Source: Podarcis muralis (taxonomy: Eukaryota). From it: DNA of 64,000 bases. The notes under the pieces were generated by a model. It made no database searches and was not told the DNA's origin. It worked only from the letters and a program-made list of their open reading frames with translations. Where the stretch lies: contig NC_135664.1 of NCBI RefSeq assembly GCF_964188315.1, forward strand, positions 7,068,001-7,132,000. Direction: 5' to 3'. Position numbers and translations under genes: made by a program. Shown piece after piece: positions 12,201 through 25,286 of this stretch; the stretch's first letter is position 1, and the number at the start of each line of letters is the position of its first letter.

Positions 12201-13127
12201 CTCCATGCTCTGTGACCTAAGGTTAGAAAAAAATTAAACAAGCAGAATAGGTCATGGACTCCACAACTTAAAAACCTCCAGCATCTTTACTTCTCGGGAA
12301 ATGGACCAATGCCTGATGCCTAAATATAAGACCTTAAAAGGTGGTGAATAACCCCTTTCACCCCAGAAATCCAAAGATGAAATGTACCAATTATTTGCTT
12401 TCAACTTTGTTCCCAAGTCCGCAGGCTGCTACAATGGCCCAAATAGAATCCCTGATGGAGAATCCATTTGCCTTTGAATGGCTGAGAAAGCCAACACTCT
12501 GTGGTGCTTCTTCATTTATTTATCACATTTGCATTCCACTTTGCCTCCAAGAAACTTGGGGAAGGATATGTGGAGTTTCTCGTTTTATCATCACAAAAGA
12601 AACCCCTTTGAGGTTTGAAGATTGCTACTGGCCCAAGCTCCCTAACAGAACTTCAGGGTTCTGCAGAGTTTTGAACACAGGGTCAGCATGGTCCACATCC
12701 ACTATGCTCCCTGGCACACTGTACTGGCTCTTGTTGGTGTGTCGTCCCTGTAAATGCTGCTGTTGGCCGAATGTCATTTGTGCAGAAGTTGTAAGACAAG
12801 CTGGCCTGGGACAGCAAAAAATAGCTTGAGGAGCTCTCAGTCATGACAGATGGTCCCAGTACCTTCCTCTTAGCTGTGCTTGCTTCTTGGCCTGTTTCTT
12901 GCAACGGCTCAACATTTATTCTTGGTGGGCCATATCCCCTCTCACTCAATTAGTTTATGTCTAGGGATTTTGTATGCTTTAGGACCCAACTGGTTCACTA
13001 GGAGGGGTCAATTCTCACAATTCATAAGGAAGGAATAGAGTACATCAGAAGCTGTCTTGTGTTGAGTCAGATCATTCCTCCATGTAGGCCAATATTGCCT
13101 GCAATGACAAGTCATGTCTCTTTAGGG

Positions 13128-13264
13128 CAGGCAGGGCCAAACTTGGCCCTCCAGCTGTTTTGGGACTACAATTCCCATCATCCCTGACCACTGGTCCTGT
13201 TAGCTAGGGATGATGGGAACTGTAGTCCCAAAGCAAGCTGGAGGTACCAGTTTGGCCATGCCTG
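13128..13264. mobile_element. Palindromic hAT (Charlie-like) MITE, inserted in an older CR1-tailed SINE relic (~13035-13355)
   Basis: CAGGCA...CCATGCCTG ends. TSD CTTTAGGG / CTTTAGGA. Internal hairpin ACTACAATTCCCATCATCCCT...AGGGATGATGGGAACTGTAGT. Confidence 0.8.
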
Positions 13265-13402
13265 CTTTAGGATATCAGACCAAAGTGTCTCTTAACCCTG
13301 CCTGGAGGTGCTGAGGATGGAATCCTAGCAAATCATGTGCTCAGCCACTCAACTTTGAGAGTGCCTATGATCCAGGGTTGGGGCAGTTCTGGTGAAGGCA
13401 AG

Positions 13403-13444
<42 letters not shown>

Positions 13445-13505
13445 GTGTGTGGTTATTGCTGAAGGAAGAAGAAGTGGTTCCATGTCTCCAGGTACAATGG
13501 ATGTA

Positions 13506-13748
13506 CAGTGGTACCTTGGTTCTCGAACTTAATCCATTCCAGGAGTCCAGTCAACTCCAGAAACCGTTCAAAAACCAAGCCGCGGCTTCCGATTTGCTGC
13601 AGGAGCTTTCTGCTCTCAAGCGGAAGCAGCACCAGACGTTCAGCTTCCAAAAAAACAATCGCAAACCAGAACACTTATTTCCAGGTTTGCAGTGTTCGGG
13701 AGCCGATTTGTTCAGCAACTAAGCCATTCGGGAACCAAGGTTTGACTG
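13506..13748. mobile_element. Tc1/mariner (Tigger/pogo-like) MITE
   Basis: TA TSD. Ends CAGTGGTACCTTGGTT / AACCAAGGTTTGACTG. Confidence 0.8.
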
Positions 13749-13798
13749 TACTACAAACCACTATAGCTGCCACTTCTCAACTTTTCACCTGCACAGTA

Positions 13799-14024
13799 CA
13801 GTGGTACCTCAGGTTACATACGCTTCAGGTTACAGACTCCGCTAACCCAGAAATAGTACCTCGGGTTAAGAACTTTGCTTCAGGATGAGAACAGAAATCG
13901 CGCAATGGTGGCGCAGTGGCAGCAGAAGGCCCCATTAGCTAAAGTGGTGCTTCAGGTTAAGAACAGTTTCAGGTTAAGAACGGACCCCTGGAATGAATTA
14001 AGTTCTTAACCCGAGGTACCACTG
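13799..14024. mobile_element. Tigger-like MITE
   Basis: TA TSD. TIR CAGTGGTACCTC(A/G)GGTTA. Same family as the copy at 60033. Confidence 0.85.
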
Positions 14025-17000
14025 TACAGTAATTGAAGATGGAGGCCCACTTTCTAGAACCAGATGTTCAAAGTCTGAGAGTGGCTTAGGACAGTCTCTC
14101 TCTCTCCTCCTTTGTCCCTCTCCTGCCTTCCTTCACCTTGCCTCTTCTCTACTTGTCACTGACTCACCCTCAGAGTTTATTCTCCACAGTTCCTCTCTGC
14201 TACAGATACATACACCTAACTAGAAGCAAAGCAGAGGAGATTCCTTGTCCTTTCTAGCATTCTTCCTTCATCCCCAGCAAAATCTTCTCTTCCGGCTTCT
14301 TGTTTCCACATCCTCACACTTTATTTGGAAGTGGACCATGCAATGTGGACCACAGTTATAGTATTTTTCAGTCAGCTGTCCAGGAAAGCCTGAAACCAGA
14401 GGAGGCAAACTTACAAACCACAATGAAAAGCTGGTTAAAGCTTGCCTTTTGATCATTGTTATTAACTTATTGGTGATGATGGGATCAGATGTTTTGGCTC
14501 TGATTGAAGGCACAAGATATATTGCGGGAGCCAAGGCACCCCTCAGCTCAACTGATTTTAAGAACCATTGCCCTATATTACTAGATGCCCATAGAAATGT
14601 TGCAAAGCGAAGCACATACACGTACACAGCCAAGCGCATAGACTGAAATGCCAGAACCAAATCACACATAGTAGCCTCCCAGAGATAAAACTGGGCAATG
14701 TTTCAGTAACAATTAGACAAACTGTTTTGAAAAGATGGGGGAAGGTACCAGGAAGTTTGAGGTTAAGAAAAGAAAGCTTAATTAAACCTTTTAAAATTGA
14801 GCCACGATAACAAATTAAACTTAACTGACGTATTGAGCATTGCGTTATTCTGCAGGCTTTCATAATTTCCCTTCTTTGCAGGGAATTCATGCAGATAGAC
14901 AAACACTTGCCACATTCACTGGGTTACAATAGCATATTGTAGGCTTTTGACATTCTATTTGGCTCCTGTGCATGTCATGGGGTGTTATGTTCCATTCAAC
15001 CCTACAGTTGATTATATTTTCTAACTTAACACTAAAGATACAGACTTCAGATAAGGAAGAAGAATATTTCCATAAATTGTAACAAGTTTGCGTAACTCTT
15101 GCTTAATTTCGTGTAGGTAAATACTTGTGGGTTTTTAACAAAAATCTAAAAAAAAAATACATAGACCCAGTGCTTTTTTTTCTGGGGGGATACCCCTAAA
15201 CATTTTGTGAATCTAAGTTTGGCCTCATTGAGGGGAAGTATTTCAATATGAGTAGGAAAATGAGTATCCCTGATCATTTTTAAAGAAAAAAAGCACTGCA
15301 CAGACCCAGTTCCCAAACCATTATTTAGAACAAGTGAAGGAGTCTGTGAGCTTCTGGAGAGGAGATCGTAACCGCTTTGCTCCTCTTCCAAACCTGCTGT
15401 GCTGTGCTGCTATGAGTGTTTGCAAAAACCGGTCAAGGGAGTAGCAAAATTAGGAAGAACACTGAGGTCCCCTTCTGCCTAAGAAGCAGAAAGAACTGCT
15501 AGCAGGTTTTATTGACAGAGTGCAATCATGTGCAAGTCTTTGGAGCAAGGTTTAGGTAAAAAATAACCATGGCTCTTGTTGACCTGTCTTAAAAACATAA
15601 CAAAAATGCTTCTCAGGACCTGGGCATCCAACTGACCGAAAATAAAAATCTCTATCTGGAATTTTATGTTGTCACAATCCCACACACCTTTATCAATCCT
15701 TTCTTGCTATATTTAGGGACAGTTTTGTGATTTGCTATTTGGGACCAAATTCTGTTTTTCCTCCCGCTTCCTTTCATTAAGTTTCCAGCAGGAACTGACT
15801 CACCGCCATAGTGTCTAGCACAAACACCGACAGACAACTCCAAACAAAGTGAAAAAGCAGATGATTAGCTGCAAATGCCTCTTTCCTGGAGTTACTGGAT
15901 GCCATGCTGTTCATTAAGTCTCACAGACATATTGAATCAATGTTTGAAAATTCGGCTTGCTCCGGTCTCAAGATGATGTGGGGGCGTAGACTAATATTAA
16001 TTCCACAAGTGAGAAACGACTTGATAATTTATGGATTGTAAACGGAAAGGCTTGCCATTTGGGCTTTTTCCCTTCCTTGGGGAAGGTGTAAGTGTCTCAG
16101 TGCTACATGTTGGAGACAACACACTCCTCTTTTAATGGCTCCCTTTGATTTTTAATTTGAAATTGGTAGACATTTGCCGATACAATTTTCATATTGAAGT
16201 TTCATGCTATTCTGGCAGGTTGCATATTTTCCTCCTTATGTTCTTAGGGACTCATTTGAATCGCAAAAAAACCACTTTGTATAGTTCTTGTGAAGGAGAA
16301 TTTGGGCTCATTCCCATAAATAAACAAAACGGTGTTAGAGAAAGTTGCTTTCAAAGCCCAAATGCTTTATGTGGTTTTTGTAAGTGTATTTATATGAATT
16401 TCTATTCATAACCAGTTATTACAAAACATTTTAAGTAAGGACATAAATTAGCAGACGGAGAAGGAGAGTGAAGTTTTTCAAATTAATTTGAAAGAGGCTT
16501 AAGCCTTCCATCAGCATACCACTATTTATTCTGGATTAGCCACAAAGTGTTTTTATTAAAATATATATTCTTATAATAAATACCTCACACTGATTAAATG
16601 TAGTGTAATGTTTTACCTCAGTGAGTATGAGTCAAGATTATACTTATGATTCAAGATTAAAAATTGGGGAAATTCTTGACAGATGGCTATGTGCTAGAGA
16701 TTGGCACAGATGTGGGATTACAGACCATAATGCATCTATAATGTAAGTGGCTTGATGCTTTGAGTCTCTTAGGGCAATCATTCATTGTTGACATCCAGTT
16801 CAAGGATGCAAAGATCAATGGGTTCACGAGTTAAACAGGACCTTGCATTCACCTCTTGCTACTGACTTCTGGGTGTTTGTGGCTCTTTGACTTGGCAAAA
16901 ATAAATTGCTTCCACATAGCTGAAATGTAGATGCTTCAACCCTTCTAGTAAACCTTAGCCTTCCTGCAGATAAGATTTGAAGAGAGGGAGTGGTGGGGGG

Positions 17001-18287
17001 GGGGAGGGGAACACCTAACTATTTTTAATGTTCCTATTTGGCTTGAAAGAACCTTTTGAGCTAATATTTGTAAGTATCGACTGACATAAATCATATGGCA
17101 TTATCTTCTAAGCATACAGTATGTCAAGACTGACAGGAAAGGCTTTGCAGGGTCACTGGGTTCTGGTTCATATCAATGAGGTAATTATTAATCCCATGGT
17201 AAACAGAACTTTGATCCCATGTTTATTTTTAGATGACTGACACCCACCTTTAAATAAATGTGTCATCCCTGATATTTATACAAAGGAAACACAGCATTTT
17301 ACATTTTTATGCTACTTTAGCAGAATACATTTTCCCAATAGCTTTATCTGTTTTTTAAAAAAATGTACCTTATTATCAGTAGTGCAAATATTTTTACAAG
17401 CCAAGAAGCCATCTTGGAAGGAGGAAGAGTCAGAAAGAGGAGAGGTCCTGTCCTTTTCTAACTGGCAATGCTTAACCAAACTAAATGCAACACGAGTGAA
17501 CCATGGATCTCCAAGTCGCTCCTCCAAATAGCAATCTCAGGGGATGAGTGGATTGGAGGCAAAACGGGTCTACTGAGAAACAAATGGGAGGCATCTGCAT
17601 GTTTGGATGAGACTCAAGGTTTGGATAAGTATCAGGGGGAGGGATCTTAAGGAGGAAACTCCTCACAAAACCCAATGAAGACTCAGCATGCTCAGCAGCT
17701 GCAGAATATTGAGTATCAATTGGAAAAGAAAATAAGTTAGCTGGGGTTGGGAATGGAATGGGCAGCCTGGACTAGGGCGTGGCTGGCACCCTAAACAGGT
17801 GCACTCGGGACTTAAGGGTACCCGACAGCATTTTCTTACAGGCCCCTCTTGTTGTTTATTTTTATTTTGTAATATTTCTATACCACTTGATTATATACCT
17901 CAAAACATATCTCTCTCTCTCTCTCTCTTGTGTGAAGCCAGTAGTTAGATAAGGTCACAGTGTTGAGTGAGTGAATTAATGTGTCATTTCCCCATTTTAA
18001 ATCTCCCTCCAAATTATCCTACTTGCTTATTAGGGGAGGAAAACTTCCAGTATCTGTAATTTTTCCCAAATGGAGCAAGGATCAGCTGGCAGGCACATGG
18101 TTTAATCCCTCCTCCACCACCAGGTTCGTAAACCAAATCAGTGGGTTTGGGGCTGTGGTTTAGACGAGATCCAGTGACAGATTCCCATCGTGTGTTATTT
18201 GGCCCAGAAAGGTGCCAGAACTCAAACCTATCAGGAAATCACAGGCTCTGACCTGAGAGCAATTCCCCCAGTGAGTAGCTTCTAGCT

Positions 18288-18423
18288 CAGGCATAGGCAA
18301 ACTCGGCCCTCCAGATGGTTTGAGACTACAATTCCCATCATCCCTGACCACTGGTCCTGTTAGCTAGGGATGATGGGAGTTGTAGTCCCAAAACATCTGG
18401 AGGGCTGAGTTTGCCTATGCCTG
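18288..18423. mobile_element. Palindromic hAT MITE (same family)
   Basis: Long TIR CAGGCATAGGCAAACT... / ...AGTTTGCCTATGCCTG. TSD TTCTAGCT / TTCCAGCT. Confidence 0.85.
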
Positions 18424-19370
18424 TTCCAGCTTCTAGCTACTCACTCACATCAGCTGATGAAGACACAAGAGAAAGAAAATCTGTTCCTGCTCTCTTCAGC
18501 AATTCAGGCACCAGGAATAAGTGTCACCCGAGAGCCCAAATTTTTGCATTATTAAACCATCTTATATTTTATTATAGGATCACAGCTTTATTCTGTAGGT
18601 CCAACTCCGAATGACAATAAAGCATTAACTCTTCAGCTGCGGGGTGTGGGGTGTGTGTGTGTTAATTTTGTTGATCAAAGCTAATGCTAATTGTGGTGAG
18701 ATAAAGTGGGGACCTGTGAAAATAAATCATCATTTATTTGTATGCTGCCTTTCCGTAGATAAACCACAGTCAAGGTGGTTGACAAAATAACTTGCTTTTT
18801 TGCATAATTCACTCTTAAGAGTTGCAGAAATATAATGGAATTTAAATAGGCAAACAATAAACTGAAGAAAACACCACAGCAAAAATAGAATAAAATTAAA
18901 CAACCCCCACATAATGAGGTCTAACAATAAAACTATATTTTAAAAAATCAACAACAGCAAAAATAATGCACCTCCAAAATTAAAGCTTGGCCCCCAGCAA
19001 AAACTCCTAAACAGACCCCTCCTTGAGAGTCTCTAGACATCCTGAACAGCAGGTCTTTCTGCACTAACAGCAAGATGGTCTCTGGTAGCAGCTGCAGCAG
19101 CTTTTATACTTGAAGTCAGTCAGGGCCCAGCTCTCCCTCGTAATACAATTTAAACAAAACAATTCATATCTAACTTAACAAGCTCTCAAATTCAAATGCA
19201 ACATTACATATACGATAACATGAGGATATTCCTATGGGAGTCTCAGCCAGCAACCTCCCTTTCATCTTAATTGGTATCAAAAATTGCAAATCCATAACCT
19301 GGATTTGGTACTAATCTCTTTCTATTACTATATTCAATAAACTTTGCCCATCTTAGCCAAATATTATCCT

Positions 19371-19425
<55 letters not shown>
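19371..19425. repeat. (AAAG)n microsatellite
   Basis: Perfect tandem array. Others: (TAT)n at 3407-3449, (CA)n at 13404-13443 and ~36908-36940. Confidence 0.95.
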
Positions 19426-19651
19426 GCCACAAATTCCCATATTTTGTCAAACCATTCCTTAATGGAAGATGTAAAGCGTAGTACTCTGACTGCTGCTAAC
19501 ATATAGTAAACTAGTTCTTTATGCTCTAATCTCACTAAGCCTTCCTTATAATTACGTAAAAAGAACACAGAGTGTCATGGGATGTTACAGTCTAAGATTT
19601 CTTTTATTTGACTTCTCAATTACCTCCAATATCCCTTTGATATATTGTACC

Positions 19652-20227
19652 TGTGCTGGTCCCGGGGGGAAGGTTACTGTTGACGTAGTCGAAGTCCGGT
19701 CCTGGGTCACTAGCCTGGAAATAGTTCGCAAGGAGCAGGGCGAGGTCCGAAGCAGGAAGCCGAGTGGGGACAGGAACACTGGAGGGTCAGGTCTGGGTCC
19801 AGACAGGAGCAGGTACTCAACAACGACGTTGCTCCTGCAACCTGGGACCGGACTGACTGGCCTTTATCTTCTCTGAGGCCAGGGGCGGTCCCGGCCCCCA
19901 GGAGCCCCGCCTCTCCTGGCCTTAAGGTGAGCACTCCTCCTGGGAGAAACCAGTTCCCTTCGCCTCTCTGCCCTGAGCCTCTGCAGTTCAGGAGAGGCTG
20001 AAGGGTTACTGGGCCCAGGGGGAGACTCACCTGTAGGCACTGAGTCCTCAACCACCTCTGGAGCCAGAATGGATTCACCTGGTGCCTGCTCCTGAGGATC
20101 CGGCACAGGTGCAGGCGCCTCAGAATCAAGGCCCTGCCCCAGTTCAGCCGGCCCTGGAGGCGGGGACTCCTGTGCAGGCTGGGGTTCCTCCGGTTCATCC
20201 TCTGAATCGGATTCCCAGGCCATCACA
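19652..20227 (-). mobile_element. Solo LTR (576 bp, probably Gypsy-type)
   Basis: TGTG...CACA termini and a perfect 5-bp TSD GTACC (19647-19651 and 20228-20232). Contains an intact 119-codon ORF on the minus strand. Confidence 0.85.
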
Positions 20228-20245
20228 GTACCTTCATCATCTGCT

Positions 20246-20376
20246 GGAATAGCTCAGCTGGTGAAACACGAGACTCTTAGTCTCAGGGTCATGGATTCAA
20301 GCCCCACATTGGGTAAAAGATTCTTGCATTGCGGGGGGTTGGACTAGATGACCCTCGTGGTCACTTTCAACTCCAT
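20246..20376 (+). mobile_element. Short Squam2-like SINE
   Basis: ATAGCTCAGCTGG head and GGACTAGATGACCCTCGTGG tail. Confidence 0.65.
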
Positions 20377-20681
20377 GTGCCCCCTCCACAAGAGGTCCCG
20401 CGGTTGGCAGCACAAGAACAGGCCTTTTCTGCAGTGGCTCCCCGTTTGTGGAATGCTCTCCCCAGGGAGACACGCCTGGCACCTTCACTACATATCTTTA
20501 GGCACCAGGTGAAAACATTCCTCTTCTTCCAGGCCTTTGGCTAATTAAATAATCCATGACCTTTTAAACTTTGTGTTGGGGCTTATTGTTTTGTCTGTCA
20601 GTGTGTTGTGCATGTTTGTGTTTTTATATTATATACTGTCCTGTGATCTTTGGATGGTGGTATATAAATTTAACAAACAAT
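20377..20681 (+). mobile_element. L2 LINE 3' fragment (different subfamily)
   Basis: QAFSAVAPRLWNALP...FRHQVKTFLFFQAFG*. Confidence 0.78.
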
Positions 20682-21920
20682 AAAGCAACATCTTATATCC
20701 AAAAATGGTTTAGAATATACAGCTATACTAGTAACAAATTATTTCATTTGAATTATTTATCCACTAGACATAAATCAGGTCCGTTTTTGAAAAACAAACA
20801 TCCTTTCCCACAAGCCCTCCAGCTCTGATGTTCATAAATTGCTTGCTGAATCTTCAGAAGAGAGTTAAAATAAAGTGAAAAAGCATCTATCTGCCCCTGC
20901 ACCTTGGTACAAGGCAGGCAAGCAGCGCTGATACTATTACTTCTGTATTTAGCAAACTTTGGAAAGATTTCCACCAGGAAACTTAAATCAGCTTTACCCA
21001 TGTTTCATACAGTTCTTACGGAGAGCGCATTCATGTATCATAAACGGCACCTACATCTATGCACTTCCAGCACTGACAAGACCACAAGTGCTTCATTCTA
21101 CCTACAATGTTTCAAGCAGCCATACACTATAGGGAATTTTTTTAAAAATTCAGAGCTTTCCAAATTTTCTGCTCTGCTTATCTAGAATTGACTGTCTGGC
21201 CCTATGCAGCACTACATCCGGACAGTCCTCCCCAACATAGCTCTGTTTATCTGAACCCTTGATAATCCAAATGCTCTTTAGCATAGCCCCATGCACTGCG
21301 CCGCACTGTACATAGTAATAGCTCCTGCATATCACAGCAAGCCATATGAATGCCTGCTGTGGCATATTTATTGTTGATGATTGATAATGGGATTACTGCT
21401 CCTATACATGAATCACAGAGTCAGAATTCACCTGCTCTCGTTGGTGACAGAAAGGCAATGATTGCTGTGTTCTGACTTATCAACCCCAGACACAGTGTTC
21501 TCTCCATATTTCTATGAGGTCTAAGAACACATTATCAAGTCCCGTGCAATTAATGTACCATGCGCCGCTGCAGCCATATGTCAAGAAGACGTCTGATGCT
21601 GAGTTTCTTAGCAATAATATATTGAATGCTGATGGTACACCTTTTTACTAAAAAATATGAAGGTTCCATGAATTATAAAGGCATGGAAAAATATTATCTA
21701 TTTAGTATATTTATAAAAATCATAAGGATAGGGAAGAACAAAGGTACAGTACTGAACTACAGCTAAAATATCCCAAGTCATAATTGAAACTAATGATCCT
21801 GTTAAATGATATCAGTTGAGAGGGTTTTCGTGTGGGAGTTTCTTCCTTAAGACTAAGAATCTGTTTTCAGTCTAAACAAATAGTCCCAGAGTATAGAATT
21901 ATATTCTGCAGAGCATGGGA

Positions 21921-22167
21921 GAAGAAGAGGAGTTTGGATTTGATATCCCACTTTATCACTACCCTAAGGAGTCTCAAAGCAGCTAACATTCTCCTTTCCC
22001 TTCCTCCCCCACAACAAACACTCTATGAGGTGAGTGAGGCTGAGAGACTTCAGAGAAGTGTGACTAGCCCAAGGTCACCCAGCAACTGCAAGTGGAGGAG
22101 CGGGGAATCGAACCCAGTTGACCAGATTACAAGTCCACTGCTCTTAACCACTACACCACACTGGCTC
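21921..22167 (-). mobile_element. tRNA-derived CORE/MIR-like SINE (Squam3-like)
   Basis: A box TGGTGTAGTGG, B box GGTTCGATTCC, CORE-like body, L2-type tail. Confidence 0.75.
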
Positions 22168-22489
22168 ATGAGTCCTCCACTGCCATACATTGAGGCTTCG
22201 GAGAGTACATGTCTACTCAGAAGAAAGTCTTACTGATTTCAGTAAGGATTATTTCTATGCATGCAAGGACAAAATTTCAGCCCAAATGTGAAAAGACCTG
22301 CACACATACAAATGCTTACTTGGGCAGGCTTTTCCTGTTAGATCCATCCACTGTTTAAAAAGCAATGGGTAATATGGTAGGATCTATTTGCATAACAAAG
22401 GCTTGCAAACTTTTGTTCACATTAATGTTTCTGTGCATAGAAGCAGAGAATGCTGGGATGGGGAAACTGTAGCTCTTCAGATGTTATTG

Positions 22490-22721
22490 GATCTCCCACC
22501 TCTGAGGGCAGAAAGAGGCTCAGTGACAGGAGGACACTTTCCTGAGAACCCATCAGCCCCTCTCCAGGATCCAGTCCTGTGCTCTCCTGTTCACAGACCT
22601 TCGCTGGCTTTGCTGTTTCTTGGGGTTCTGAAAGAGCCCTCCCCAGACCCAGGGTCCTCAGACTCCATTTCTCCTTCTGATTCAACCATCACTCCATGAC
22701 ACCTCTGCTGGGCTCATGACA
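22490..22721 (-). mobile_element. Truncated LTR-like fragment
   Basis: The minus strand starts TGTCATG and has acidic coding potential (MVESEGEMESEDPGSGEG) like the other LTRs. The far end was not found. Confidence 0.5.
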
Positions 22722-23497
22722 CAAGAGACGTCAGGGGGAACAATGGAACCAATCAGGACTGCAGAATTTTATCCCATCAAAATCACTATTTCAAATCTGA
22801 AAATCAGCGGGGACCCGTCACAGATGGAGGCATTCCAGAAGATATCCTGCAAACTCTGCAACATGACTGACCATTCATAGTTGTGGGAGGAGAAGACCAA
22901 ACACGATGTGGAGCATCACTTAGTTTTGGGAATTGTTTTGCCTTTACTGTTGTCACTGCTGCTCTGCACAGCTTGTGGAAAAGAGCATTCTAAAATCAAG
23001 GATGACTGTTCACTGTTATGAAAAGTTATAAAAAATACTTTTGTGAATCAATCTGTAAGAATTGTGCGTTTCATAAACTGTTACTCCCCACCAAGACTAC
23101 AAAAAATAGCAAGCTATTAGCAGGTATGCCTACCCTATGATTATAAATGTTCACAATTCAGACGCATAAGGTTAAAGATGGGCTTTCCTCCTTCATAAAT
23201 AACTTCTGTAGCTCAAGTGAAGTGGCAAACATAGAGAGCATGCTGCTTATGAATATCAGGCAAGAAAGCCGAAGGGCTGATGTTGTTGGGAATTAACGCC
23301 ATTTATCAGATTTTTAAAAAGTTAAAGTATGTTTTCAAAGTGTCGTATTAAAGAGATGGAACTCATAGGTGGTGAATTACCAGTGCAGAACGCTACCACC
23401 ATTGTAGGGTGTAAAGGGGAAGAGAACAATGGCTATGAGCAACAATGAATTTGAGGCTGGCCCCCATCTTTAACAGTGAATCAGACAGGATTTTTTA

Positions 23498-23856
23498 GGA
23501 TGTAGTAAGAGGGTAAAACCTCAGTGCCTAGGACTGCTGATTGTAAGGTCGGTGGTTCGAATCCCCGTGGCGGGGTGAGCTCCCGTCGTTCGGTCCCAGC
23601 TCCTGCCCACCTAGCAGTTCGAAAGCACCCCTAAGTGCAAATAGATAAATAGGGACCGCTTTATAGCGGGAAGGTAAACGGCGTTTTCGTGTGCTGCTCT
23701 GGTGCAGGCTCGCCAGATGCAGCTTCGTCACGCTGGCCATGTGACCCGGAAGTGTCTTCGGACAGCGCTGGCTCCTGGCCTCTTGAGCGAGATGAGCGCG
23801 CAACCCTAGAGTTGGACACGACTGGCCCGTACGGGCAGGGGTACCTTTACCTTTTT
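23498..23856 (+). mobile_element. Sauria SINE (divergent subfamily)
   Basis: B box GGTTCGAATCC, body shared with the copies at 47424 and 51164, TACCTTTACCTTT tail. Confidence 0.8.
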
Positions 23857-25270
23857 AAGAGGCATACTAGAGAATTTGGCACTCTCAGAAGGAAACCTCT
23901 CAAGATTTTGAGTATATTTTTTTCAGTGACCTTGTCAAACTTACTATAACTGTCAATTGAGCATAAATGGCTTAAGTATATTTATGTATGTTTCCATAGG
24001 TTTGCGTGTTTAACTCTCTTCAATTCAGGTTTAGAAAAATCTGGATTCATTTACTTTTCACCAAGAAGCAGAACAGCATGCACACATTGTCTAATCTTTT
24101 CTCTGCAACCATGATAGCCAAGACCATTAAACAATATCTTCAGGATGTTGAACACCACATTGTTCGGCTGACTTTAGCCTTATATGGGGTTATAGTTCTG
24201 TTAATAAAACTGTGCAATGACTTTTGTGCGAAAGGAATGACGAGGACGTATAAAAGGCTGCTAAATCAGACTCAGAAAACTGTACATCCACTCTGCAAAC
24301 AGAAGCCGTGATTTTAAAAAATGCAGCAGGATAAAGAAGATAACACAGGCCCAATGGGAAAATAATTCAATATGTTTGCTAAAACAATTTAACAAGGGAG
24401 CAAGCCCAGTTGAATTCAGTGGGCCTTCTTCTAAGCAAGCGTGATTAGAACTGACAATGCTTGCTGAATTATGTCCAACATAGATAATCATATTATATAG
24501 CACTTTGTAAAAATACAGTATATAGTAGCTATTTTTATTTTTGATTCTCACACAACATCATGCAACACACACAGTAGGGGAGGGCCAGCTTTACTCACCT
24601 GACCTTACTGCTGCCGCTGAAGCCAAACACTGCAACACCACTGATAGAGGCAGAAGCTGCAGATACATTCCAGCCTTTTTCTTCTGCCTCTGTTTCCCTC
24701 CTTCTCCCTTCCTCTCTCTTCTCAAGGTCACTTCCCCACAGGTTGAGGCAGCCGAGGGAGCTGGTTGCTGCTGCCTACTCTCTCCTCCTTGCCACAATCC
24801 CTGGTATCTTGAAACATTAGGTTGTGCTTGGGAACACCCCAAGGCCCTCCTACCTCTCCTACCTCTCAGTAAGCTGCAGTAATGTGTGTTAACAAGGTGA
24901 GAAGGGCAACAGCAACAGCATCCCCCCATGCAGATTGGTATATTGCGTTTCATAAGAACTTCTCCCTGTCTTGTGACCTCTTCCCTCTTGCAGTCATCTC
25001 CTTGATATCTGACTACTTGACTGCTGATACCATTGGCTCATGTGCTCTGATGTCACAGCAGGTCTGTGCAGAAATATTACAGGCCCTCTGGTTGCTATCG
25101 GGTTAGCTGCACTGAATTTCCAAGATCCACGAGCAAAATTCCTGAAACTTATCTTGTGCACCGTGGACTTTCAAGTATACTTTGGCTGGACCTAGACACA
25201 TCAGAGAAGCGTTTCAGGAAAACGTGTTGTAACCTTCATAGTGGGAAATCACATTGAAGACGGGACTCCA

Positions 25271-25286
25271 CAGCGCCCTCTGGTGT
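25271..25286 (-). promoter_or_regulatory. Candidate CTCF site
   Basis: ACACCAGAGGGCGCTG versus consensus CCACCAGRGGGCGC. Confidence 0.55.

Noticed and set aside
14680-16420. Repeat-poor stretches that look like conserved non-coding enhancers of RELN
   Set aside because: Conservation cannot be judged without alignments.
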